Positions 1 through 7,383 of a DNA stretch of 12,614 nt are shown piece after piece. The notes below the pieces were generated by a model. The model did no database searches. It saw nothing but the letters and a program-made list of their open reading frames with translations, and was not told the origin of the DNA. The stretch is from an uncultured archaeon (GTDB lineage Archaea; Asgardarchaeota; Lokiarchaeia; Sigyniarchaeales; SOKP01). The stretch is from positions 1 to 12,614 of the forward strand of contig CAZBPC010000019.1 of assembly GCA_964493715.1 (NCBI GenBank), written 5' to 3'. A program made the translations under genes and the position numbers. Position 1 is the first letter of the stretch. Each line of letters begins with the position of its first letter.

Positions 1-564
1 GATAATGTATTCTTATTCACTCACGGACCCCCAATTAATATTCAAAAAAATTTGAGCATCTTTGACAGAATTGCTTTTAAAAAGTCTAAAAATGATTTTA
101 TTAGTAAATTTGATGAATTCAAAGAATCAGTAATTAAAAAACTCGGTAAAAAGCGCACTAACGCTCGAATAGATATTAATTTCAATGTTAAATATGGTAC
201 AGTTTCAGCAAATTGGGAAAAGTTAGTTAATTTTTGTAAAGATCATTGCATTCTTACTCTCTCGGGGCACACTCATGAACTTAAAGAATTTAGATTGGAA
301 GATTCCGATATTAAAACTCACGTCTTGAATGCTCCCCCTTTTAGCTTGAAAAAAATAGAAAATCCAGCAGCAATTTATTATGATTTATACTCTGAACTTT
401 ATACAAATCCAAAAGATATTGAAATGTTTGCACCATTTGTAGTTCAAACCCCAGCACTTGGGTTGGGAGGATATTCGAATACAAATTTGGTGGGAGCATT
501 TAGAGAAATCAAAATTGTGAAAGGAAAATTAGCGTCTTTTAGGTTAGCATTCATTAAGAAATAA
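1..564 (+). CDS. Calcineurin-like metallophosphoesterase, C-terminal part (5'-truncated by window edge)
   Basis: Frame 1 is open from base 1 (DNVFLFTHGPPINIQKNLSIFD...), so the listed TTG start at 52 is internal. It has the last two metallophosphoesterase motifs, LFTHGPP and LSGHTH. Stop TAA at 562-564. Confidence 0.75.
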   Translation, partial: DNVFLFTHGPPINIQKNLSIFDRIAFKKSKNDFISKFDEFKESVIKKLGKKRTNARIDINFNVKYGTVSANWEKLVNFCKDHCILTLSGHTHELKEFRLEDSDIKTHVLNAPPFSLKKIENPAAIYYDLYSELYTNPKDIEMFAPFVVQTPALGLGGYSNTNLVGAFREIKIVKGKLASFRLAFIKK

Positions 565-584
565 AATTATCATAGTCCATGATC

Positions 585-1217
585 TCATGAAATCAAATTA
601 TATCCTATCTCAAATGACTTAATTGCATTTGGTTCTTCACTTTGCATGCTCATTAAGATTTCTAAAGCCAAATCTTTTCTGAAGAAACCATTGAACTCTT
701 TTATGGTAACCCCTGTCATGATAAAACTCGCAAGATGTGGTTTATTGAATTTTATGAGCGCAAGTTCTTCGAAATCCATGCAAACTGTCCTTCTAACATA
801 CTCATCTAATAATTCAACAATTTCTCCAACTGAATGGCTTACCTTTTCATTGTAAGAATTAAGATTAGCATTTAATATTACTAATGTTCTCTCAGAAATC
901 AATTTCAAATAATTTACTACTTCCAATGGATCCAATCCAAAAACTAAGTGTACTCCTTCCTCTGGAATAATTGGAGAAATTTCATCATTTATATCATATT
1001 CTGGTTCTGTAGAATAAATACTACTTTCAATTAAATATCTGATAGTAGCGATTTTAGTGCCATCATCCCCTATGCTTGTTTTTTTTTTATTGATCACGGT
1101 TTTTTTAATGAAATGTGATGCTTGGCCGTATTCCTCAAAGAATCTTACTACATTATGAATACCTTGATTTTCGAAACCAGTTATTAAGATGTTAAAAACA
1201 TTTGCCAATATAATCAA
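585..1217 (-). CDS. Divergent indolepyruvate:ferredoxin oxidoreductase beta / 2-oxoacid oxidoreductase gamma-domain-like protein
   Basis: NILITGFENQG resembles GVGGQG. SPIIPEEGVHLVFGLDPLEVVNYL resembles SPLIPxGxADxLxxxEPLEALRY. The C-terminal NAIKSFEIGY resembles NLKAFELGY. The start is uncertain (TTG at 1217 or 1208). Confidence 0.7.
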   Translation of the reverse strand: MIILANVFNILITGFENQGIHNVVRFFEEYGQASHFIKKTVINKKKTSIGDDGTKIATIRYLIESSIYSTEPEYDINDEISPIIPEEGVHLVFGLDPLEVVNYLKLISERTLVILNANLNSYNEKVSHSVGEIVELLDEYVRRTVCMDFEELALIKFNKPHLASFIMTGVTIKEFNGFFRKDLALEILMSMQSEEPNAIKSFEIGYNLIS

Positions 1218-1238
1218 TTCATGAAATTTGTATTCATT

Positions 1239-2450
1239 TTAAGTATTAATTACAGATTTGGATTTTCTCCAAGCAGATTCATTTATTAAACTCATTCTTT
1301 TAAGATATTCTTCTGGAGAAATTGATTTTTCTTGAAGTTCTAATTTTTTAATGCTGTGTATCAGTTCTTTTTCAATTTCTCTAAGTTTACTATAATAAAC
1401 ATCTCTCTCTAAATTCTCTGCATTCGGTTTTTTTATAAAAGGAGCGACAAATTCTACGTGTTTTGCCCAAAACCAATTCGAATTGATTTCATTATATTTT
1501 TTTGCGGGCATGGTCTCTTGGTCTTCTATGGAAAAGGCATAAGGTTTATATATACTCAGACATGGTATTGTGCTACCAGTTAACCAGTGAATTGAATGAA
1601 GATTCCCTTTTTTTAATTCAGAAACCTGAGAACCAGTTGATTGATCATTACGTTGATGCATGCATATCCTTACCGGATCATGTGTTCTTAAAAAGTTCAT
1701 CATCATCTCTGTCGTAATTTTTCCGTGATTTTGCTTTAATTGATTTAAAGAACATCCATCTCTACTATCGAGAGGAAATACATCAGGTAACTTAGATGGC
1801 GAGAAAATCAATTTGAAGTCGAAATCATTATCATCATTACAGTAGTTTTGTTCAATCGCGTGCTGAATGATTCCTTCTTTTCTTATATCTCCTTTTCCCC
1901 TAATTGAGACATTATTTGAGATCGAACGAAAATCTTTAACAATTTCTACGATCCACCAGTTACCAGCAGTTTCTAAGACATATGCCTCTTTTGAATCTGC
2001 TATAAGGAAAGAATTATGATAGTTCATTCCTTTTTTGTTATGTGCTCCCCCTTGACCGTATGTTTCTAATAGTTTAATAATAATCTCTAATGCGTCCCTA
2101 GCAGTTTTTCCCCGTTCGAGCCCAAGTCGTAATAAATCCATTCCCAATAACCCTGTTTCATTAAGTGGTTCCTTTGTAGCAATAGCTTCATTTCCTATTA
2201 CTACATTGTGCTCATTTGCACCCATTTCAGCACCCCACATCCAGTAAGGTTGACTTAATAAAACAGCAGCGGTTTCTGATACTTGAGAAATGCTAATATG
2301 AGTGCATTCTAAGATATCCCCTTTAGGATACCTCATTTTGGGAGCATACGTTATCAATTGAGCTTCTGCTCCAAAACGATCACTATTTTTACCAAAAATA
2401 ACATTCCCATCTTTAGTGTAGTTGCTTAAAGCAACATATGTGTCACACAT
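1239..2450 (-). CDS. Secernin-like peptidase family C69 (Ntn-hydrolase, Cys2)
   Basis: N-terminal MCDTxVAL plus FGKNSDR, WMWGAEMGANEH, IGNEA, LLGMDLLRLGLERG and YHNSFLIAD...ETAG are hallmark secernin/C69 motifs. An AGGTGA RBS lies 9 nt upstream. Confidence 0.93.
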   Translation of the reverse strand: MCDTYVALSNYTKDGNVIFGKNSDRFGAEAQLITYAPKMRYPKGDILECTHISISQVSETAAVLLSQPYWMWGAEMGANEHNVVIGNEAIATKEPLNETGLLGMDLLRLGLERGKTARDALEIIIKLLETYGQGGAHNKKGMNYHNSFLIADSKEAYVLETAGNWWIVEIVKDFRSISNNVSIRGKGDIRKEGIIQHAIEQNYCNDDNDFDFKLIFSPSKLPDVFPLDSRDGCSLNQLKQNHGKITTEMMMNFLRTHDPVRICMHQRNDQSTGSQVSELKKGNLHSIHWLTGSTIPCLSIYKPYAFSIEDQETMPAKKYNEINSNWFWAKHVEFVAPFIKKPNAENLERDVYYSKLREIEKELIHSIKKLELQEKSISPEEYLKRMSLINESAWRKSKSVINT

Positions 2451-2459
2451 GTTAATCTC

Positions 2460-2465
2460 TCACCT
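2460..2465 (-). promoter_or_regulatory. Shine-Dalgarno site (AGGTGA) for the secernin-like gene
   Basis: The minus strand reads TAA-AGGTGA-gagattaac-ATG in the 15-nt gap directly after the aminotransferase stop, which supports co-transcription. Confidence 0.7.
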
Positions 2466-3767
2466 TTATTTTCTTAATTTATGTATCCCATTTCTAATTC
2501 TAATAAGAACTTCTTCAATCTCATTTTTTTGAACAATTAAAGGAGGCATTATAATAAGTGTATCTTTTTTATTCCCACAATAATTCAATAAAACTCCTTC
2601 TTTTATTATCTGAAGCATTGAAATTTGACATTGGTCCTTTTCATGAAATTCAACACCCCACATTAAACCTCTACCTCTAACGTCTTTAATTAAGTCAGGA
2701 TAATCATTTCCAATATTTTTCAAGCCATCCCCAAAAATTTTCCCCATTTCTCTAACATGTTCAAGGAATTTTGGATCAGATTGAATGTCTAGCATTGTGT
2801 TAGCGACAACACATCCTAAATCAGAACCTCCCGTTGTCGAAATGTGAATAAACGCATCTTCATTGAATATTTCTTTTTCTATAAAAGATTTATAAGAACA
2901 AGTAGAAAGGGGATATATACCAGAACTCATTCCTTTCCCACAAACGATAAAATCAGGAATCACTTTTTCATTGGGATACATCCCTCCATAAATCGCCCAG
3001 AACTGACCCGTTCGTCCTAGACCTGCCTGAACCTCGTCTATGATTAACATAACTCCCTTATCATCGCAAATTTCACGAACTTCTGCGAAATAACCTTCTG
3101 GTGCAATTAAAACCCCTCCTGTAGCCGGAATTGTTTCTAAAATGACACAAGAATCTTCCTCTGTTACAATTTTCCTCATTGCATCAGCATCCCCAAAAGT
3201 TACTTGTTTAAAATCGGGATTATGCCATAAAAAAGTTTCTCTGAATTCAGGATCTCCTGTTAATAAAGCAAATCCTGTGTGACCATGATAACCTCCTCTA
3301 GCAGATACACAACCCTTCCTTTTAGTAAATGCACGTGAAAATTTTATTGCTGTATCTATGGCTTCACCACCGCTTACTCCAAAAGTTGTTCTTGTAATTC
3401 CCGGAGGCATCAAATCTGCTAATTTTTTACCTAATAGAGCTCTCCATTCTGATAATAACATATGATCCCCAATATCTAATCCACTATCTAATGCATCCTT
3501 TAGTACTTGGACAATTTGAGGATTACTATGACCAAGATTGAAAACACCGCCACTGGATCTGCAATTATAAATTTCTAAAGGTGGATCTGAAGATTTAATA
3601 CCTGCTAATGTTTTAAATTTTATTCCACTTCTTTCTCCAGGCATTACACCAAATCCAAATCCTTTAAATGTACGTACTTTTGGTGCATTCACATGTCTTG
3701 CATATAATTTTAATAACTGATCTTGAGGCAAAGTTCCTATATATTTCTTTTTTGAATCTTCTTTCAT
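2466..3767 (-). CDS. Class-III PLP-dependent aminotransferase (ArgD/PatA-like fold, substrate uncertain)
   Basis: Motifs include NLGH, SGGEAIDTAIK, YHGHT, DEVQAGLGRTG, CGKGMSSG (PLP lysine), STTGG, VRGRGLMWGVEF and MPPL. Confidence 0.92.
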   Translation of the reverse strand: MKEDSKKKYIGTLPQDQLLKLYARHVNAPKVRTFKGFGFGVMPGERSGIKFKTLAGIKSSDPPLEIYNCRSSGGVFNLGHSNPQIVQVLKDALDSGLDIGDHMLLSEWRALLGKKLADLMPPGITRTTFGVSGGEAIDTAIKFSRAFTKRKGCVSARGGYHGHTGFALLTGDPEFRETFLWHNPDFKQVTFGDADAMRKIVTEEDSCVILETIPATGGVLIAPEGYFAEVREICDDKGVMLIIDEVQAGLGRTGQFWAIYGGMYPNEKVIPDFIVCGKGMSSGIYPLSTCSYKSFIEKEIFNEDAFIHISTTGGSDLGCVVANTMLDIQSDPKFLEHVREMGKIFGDGLKNIGNDYPDLIKDVRGRGLMWGVEFHEKDQCQISMLQIIKEGVLLNYCGNKKDTLIIMPPLIVQKNEIEEVLIRIRNGIHKLRK

Positions 3768-3780
3768 AATTAATCATTTA

Positions 3781-3804
3781 ATTAAGTACTTAATATAATT
3801 TAAA
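3781..3804 (-). promoter_or_regulatory. Putative TATA box plus palindromic operator upstream of the aminotransferase operon
   Basis: Minus-strand TTTAAATT at 3804-3797 lies 30-37 nt upstream of the ATG at 3767. A perfect 14-bp palindrome ATTAAGTACTTAAT is at 3781-3794. Confidence 0.4.
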
Positions 3805-3980
3805 GATTGGAAAATTGTTGAGTCCTATTAGAATTTAATTAATAAGGTGCGACTCAGAGTTGAAGTGATTAAGATCTCTTAAAATTTCTTTTTTAATGAA
3901 AAATTTAAAATTCAACATATTTAATTATTATACGTTAATCTATTGATGAAATCGATGTCAATTGATATTGAATATCGTTC

Positions 3981-4000
3981 AAAAAAAGAGAAAAATAAAT
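3981..4000 (-). terminator. Oligo-T archaeal terminator after lpdA
   Basis: The minus strand directly after the stop codon reads ATTTATTTTTCTCTTTTTTT. Confidence 0.5.
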
Positions 4001-5485
4001 TTAATGAAGTTCAGGTCTACCTTTTTTATGAATAGCGAAGCCAAAGACGTCCTCTGCACCTTCGAGAACCATTTCTGACATTGTGGGGTGACTATGGATT
4101 GTTTCACCTATATCATGAACGGTTAGTCCATGTTGCATTGCTAAAGTAATTTCTGCAATCAATTCTGATGCTTCAGCACCAATACAAGAAGCTCCAATTA
4201 CTTTATGGTCTTGTTTATCAACTAAAATCATGATAAATCCTTCTTCGTGCCCTGCACACTTCGCTTTTCCTAAGGACGAGTATGAGAATCGTCCCATTGC
4301 TACATCTATACCTAAATCTTTTGCGTGTTTTCTACGTAGGCCAACAGAGCCAATATTTGGGCTCGTAAAAATAGTAGCAGGGACAACTTTATAATCAGTA
4401 GTTCTTTCCTTTATAGGAAATCCTCCAATACTTGCAAGAGCATTTGCTATGGATACATCTCCCATATAACTTGCAATGTGGGCAAGCATTGGTGCTCCAG
4501 ATAAAGCAACATCACCAATTGCATAAATACCTTTAACCGAAGTTTCGCAAGTTTTTTGATCGATTGTTATTGCGCCTCTATTTGTTTCAATACCCAATTC
4601 TTCTAAACCTAAATCTTTAGATTCGCGAGCTCTTCCAATTGAAACCAAGCAGTAATCCGCTTCAAAATACGATTTTTCGGCACTTTCAACTTGATCTCGC
4701 GGAACATCTGCAGAACATGTCGTAGCTTTTACTCCAGAGCCTGTATTTTCAACAGATAATACATTCTGAGATAGTTTTATTTCAATATCCATTGAAACTA
4801 ACTTCTTTTGGAGTTCTTTAATAACCATGGGTTCCTCTGTAGCTATCGGGGTTGATAGATATTCTAACATAGTGACTTTAGAACCAAATGTTGTAAAAAT
4901 ATTGGCAAATTCACACCCAATTACTCCAGCTCCTATAATTAATAATCTTGCTGGGACATTTTTAAAATCAGGGTGTAGTATATCATCACTTGTTAATATT
5001 CTATTATGATCAATGTTGAAGGCGGGAATCAAAGCTGGAGATGATCCAGTTGCAATAATTATTCTCTTTGCTTTTATATTCTTAGTTTCTTCTCCGCTAA
5101 TGGTAATATCAAAACCATCATTCGCATTTCCACCAATGATTTTACCATGACCATTATACACATCGTTCTTCCAAGCTTTTTCAAGTCCAGCAATGCCATC
5201 AACCAATTCTTTAACAACTTTATTCTTTCTTTCTACAGCTTTGGCAAAATCTATCTTCGGTTCACATGTTACCCCAAATTCTTCCGAATGTTCTCTTATT
5301 GACTGGATTAATTCAGCGGATGCATATAGCGCCTTGGTGGGTATGCATCCCCAATTCAAACACGTACCTCCCAAATTTCTCTTTTCAATCAAAGCCACTT
5401 TTGCTCCATATTGCGCTGCTCTCACTGCTGTATGGTATCCTCCCGGACCAGCTCCAATAACTGCAATATCATACATTTCGGTCAT
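4001..5485 (-). CDS. lpdA: Dihydrolipoyl dehydrogenase (E3 / glycine cleavage L-protein)
   Basis: It has the FAD-binding VIGAGPGG, redox disulfide GGTCLNWGCIP, NAD-binding IIGAGVIGCE, YAIGD and catalytic HPTMSE. I moved the start from 5578 to ATG 5485 (MTEMYDIAVIG), which follows a GAGTG SD-like site; the extra 31 codons look non-coding. Confidence 0.93.
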   Translation of the reverse strand: MTEMYDIAVIGAGPGGYHTAVRAAQYGAKVALIEKRNLGGTCLNWGCIPTKALYASAELIQSIREHSEEFGVTCEPKIDFAKAVERKNKVVKELVDGIAGLEKAWKNDVYNGHGKIIGGNANDGFDITISGEETKNIKAKRIIIATGSSPALIPAFNIDHNRILTSDDILHPDFKNVPARLLIIGAGVIGCEFANIFTTFGSKVTMLEYLSTPIATEEPMVIKELQKKLVSMDIEIKLSQNVLSVENTGSGVKATTCSADVPRDQVESAEKSYFEADYCLVSIGRARESKDLGLEELGIETNRGAITIDQKTCETSVKGIYAIGDVALSGAPMLAHIASYMGDVSIANALASIGGFPIKERTTDYKVVPATIFTSPNIGSVGLRRKHAKDLGIDVAMGRFSYSSLGKAKCAGHEEGFIMILVDKQDHKVIGASCIGAEASELIAEITLAMQHGLTVHDIGETIHSHPTMSEMVLEGAEDVFGFAIHKKGRPELH

Positions 5486-5609
5486 TTTACACTCGACTGC
5501 ATTAATTTTTATGTTTTCAAATCTTATAATATTATGGATGAAAATAATACAACCAATTATAAGTTTAATTAAATGCAATGTTTACTTTCTTACATAAGGA
5601 GTATTTAAC

Positions 5610-7064
5610 ATGACAAATTTGTTAATCAAAAATTTGGAGCAATTATTATCTGGCAATTTAACGGAGATAGAATTAAATCTTAGAAAAACCTGTTTAGACT
5701 GTTTGGAAAAAGCAATCCAATCAGTGAGCCCTAGAAAATTGATTGAAAAATCTATAAAAGTTATGAATACCACATTATACATTCAAGATGATGCGTATCC
5801 ATTAGAGAATTTTGAATCTATTTACATCATCGGCGGTGGAAAAGCAAGTGCAGATATGTTTTTTTCTCTTGAAAAACTCCTTTTAAAAATTCCCAATCTC
5901 CAATATCAGGGAATTATAAATGTTCCACAAAATCAAGATGTAGGCACTTATAATATGACAGGCAATGTTCAGATTAATGTTGCATCACACCCAATTCCCA
6001 ATCAATCAGGACTGGAAGGAACAAGAAAGATGATGGAGCTTATTGACAACTCTACCTCCAAGGATCTTATTTTATGCTTAATTTCAGGAGGCGGTTCAGC
6101 TCTTTTACCATTACCAAGATCAGGTATAAAATTGGAGGATTTAAAAATTATGAATTCCCTCCTTATTGCGTCAGGTGCTTCAATTCAAGAAATAAATGTT
6201 GTAAGGAAACATTTATCTTCTATAAAAGGAGGAAATTTAGCGAAAAGAATATATGATAAAAGTGGTGCTATGTTTATAGCGCTAATTATTTCTGATGTCG
6301 TTGGAAATGATTTAGGTTCGATCGCATCTGGACTATCCGTTCCTGATTCATCTACATTTGAAGACACAAAAAGAATTCTTAAAAAATATAAAGTTTGGAA
6401 TAGATCACCCTCTTCCGTGCATAAAGTAATTGAGGAAGGCTTAAACAACCCAAAATTGGAAACTCCTAAAGAAAGGTTTCCCTCGTTTTCACGAGTAAAG
6501 AATTATTTAATTGGTAGCGTTGAATCTGTTATTCAAGTACTTAAACCCATTTTAGAAAGGCAAGAATTCCTTGTTGACTACTTCTCCAATAATTTATCAG
6601 GTGAAGCTAGGAATTTTGGAATTCAATTATCTCAAATCATTCCTAAAAAAATAAAATTTTTTAATGAGAAAGGTATTGAAAAATTAGCACTAATAGCTAC
6701 GGGAGAACTTACAGTTACAATTAAAGGGGAAGGAGTTGGTGGTAGAAATCAAGAAATGTTACTAAGTTATTCAAATGAAGTTAAAAATTCTAAATTTGAA
6801 TATAACCATGTAATTATAGGTGCAAATCTTGACGGTCTTGAAGGTAATAGTAATGCGATGGGTTGTTTAATAGATAATGACACGATCTCTAAAATTTCGT
6901 ATCAAAAAATTGATCCAGCGCGATTTCTTGATGATAATAATTCAAATGCGTTCTTTAAGGCAATCGGAACTGAAATAATATCAGGTCCTACTGGATGTAA
7001 TGTAAATGATTTAGTTTTAATCTTAATCACTCAAAAAAAGAAAAATAATGGAAAAAAAAATTAA
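5610..7064 (+). CDS. Class-II glycerate kinase (DUF4147 + MOFRL domains; GckA/TtuD-like)
   Basis: Motifs include IGGGKAS, ASHPIP, LISGGGSAL, INVVRKHLSSIKGG, ISDVVG, IASG, GELTV, GGRNQE and GPTGCNVND. RBS AAGGAG is at 5596-5601. Confidence 0.93.
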   Translation: MTNLLIKNLEQLLSGNLTEIELNLRKTCLDCLEKAIQSVSPRKLIEKSIKVMNTTLYIQDDAYPLENFESIYIIGGGKASADMFFSLEKLLLKIPNLQYQGIINVPQNQDVGTYNMTGNVQINVASHPIPNQSGLEGTRKMMELIDNSTSKDLILCLISGGGSALLPLPRSGIKLEDLKIMNSLLIASGASIQEINVVRKHLSSIKGGNLAKRIYDKSGAMFIALIISDVVGNDLGSIASGLSVPDSSTFEDTKRILKKYKVWNRSPSSVHKVIEEGLNNPKLETPKERFPSFSRVKNYLIGSVESVIQVLKPILERQEFLVDYFSNNLSGEARNFGIQLSQIIPKKIKFFNEKGIEKLALIATGELTVTIKGEGVGGRNQEMLLSYSNEVKNSKFEYNHVIIGANLDGLEGNSNAMGCLIDNDTISKISYQKIDPARFLDDNNSNAFFKAIGTEIISGPTGCNVNDLVLILITQKKKNNGKKN

Positions 7065-7242
7065 AATTAAAGGAATAGGAAAAGATTTCATAATAACTTG
7101 TCCTGTATGTGGATATAGTTTCAGAGGTTTAGATCCTACATCTAAAAAAACAACAAAAACTTGTCCCATGTGCGGATATAAATTCATTGAGCCTCATTTT
7201 CTTCCAGATGGAAAAGACAACTTCGAAAAAAGATTTCTATGA
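7048..7242 (+). CDS. Small Zn-ribbon protein (CPxCG-type), 64 aa
   Basis: It has two knuckles, CPVCGYSF and CPMCGYKF, and overlaps the glycerate kinase 3' end by 17 nt. Confidence 0.8.
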   Translation: MEKKIKIKGIGKDFIITCPVCGYSFRGLDPTSKKTTKTCPMCGYKFIEPHFLPDGKDNFEKRFL

Positions 7243-7272
7243 TCTAACTCCGACAAATTTTGATAGTATATA

Positions 7273-7290
7273 TAAAAAAGCTTTTTTAAT
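7273..7290 (+). promoter_or_regulatory. Possible BRE/TATA promoter (within a 16-bp palindrome) upstream of the 722-aa gene
   Basis: In TAAAAAAGCTTTTTTAAT, a purine run is followed by a TTTTAAT TATA-like box. Positions 7273-7288 form a perfect palindrome. It could instead terminate the upstream genes. Confidence 0.3.
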
Positions 7291-7383
7291 TATAGTAAGT
7301 ATATTATTACACACATGAAATTATTTTATCAAATGATAAATAAATTCTAATAATTTAACAAAAATATAAAAAAATGATGAACA

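Noticed and set aside
3819-3856. Hairpin downstream of lpdA as a SECIS element
   Set aside because: lpdA has no in-frame TGA and ends in TAA, and I see no clear AUGA/GA core.
5526-5535. Palindrome ATAATATTAT in the lpdA/glycerate kinase spacer
   Set aside because: It is short and A/T-only, so it is not significant in this background.
5486-5578. 31-aa N-terminal extension of LpdA in the ORF track, superficially signal-peptide-like
   Set aside because: It is AT-rich, Ile-biased sequence occupying the divergent promoter region. Homologous LpdA begins at M...YDIAVIG, and an SD-like site precedes 5485.
646-6448. Alternative-frame or antisense ORFs 646-855, 1502-1717, 4827-5009, 5193-5597, 5266-5460, 5582-5782, 6074-6256 and 6185-6448
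   Set aside because: They overlap well-supported genes and carry no recognisable motifs, so they are shadow ORFs.
7033-7064. A-runs at the glycerate kinase/Zn-ribbon junction as a programmed frameshift fusion
   Set aside because: The kinase is complete, the small ORF has its own ATG, and A-runs are common in this AT-rich window.
7315-7350. 11-codon uORF (MKLFYQMINKF) upstream of the 722-aa gene
   Set aside because: It has no SD or informative composition, and is expected by chance.
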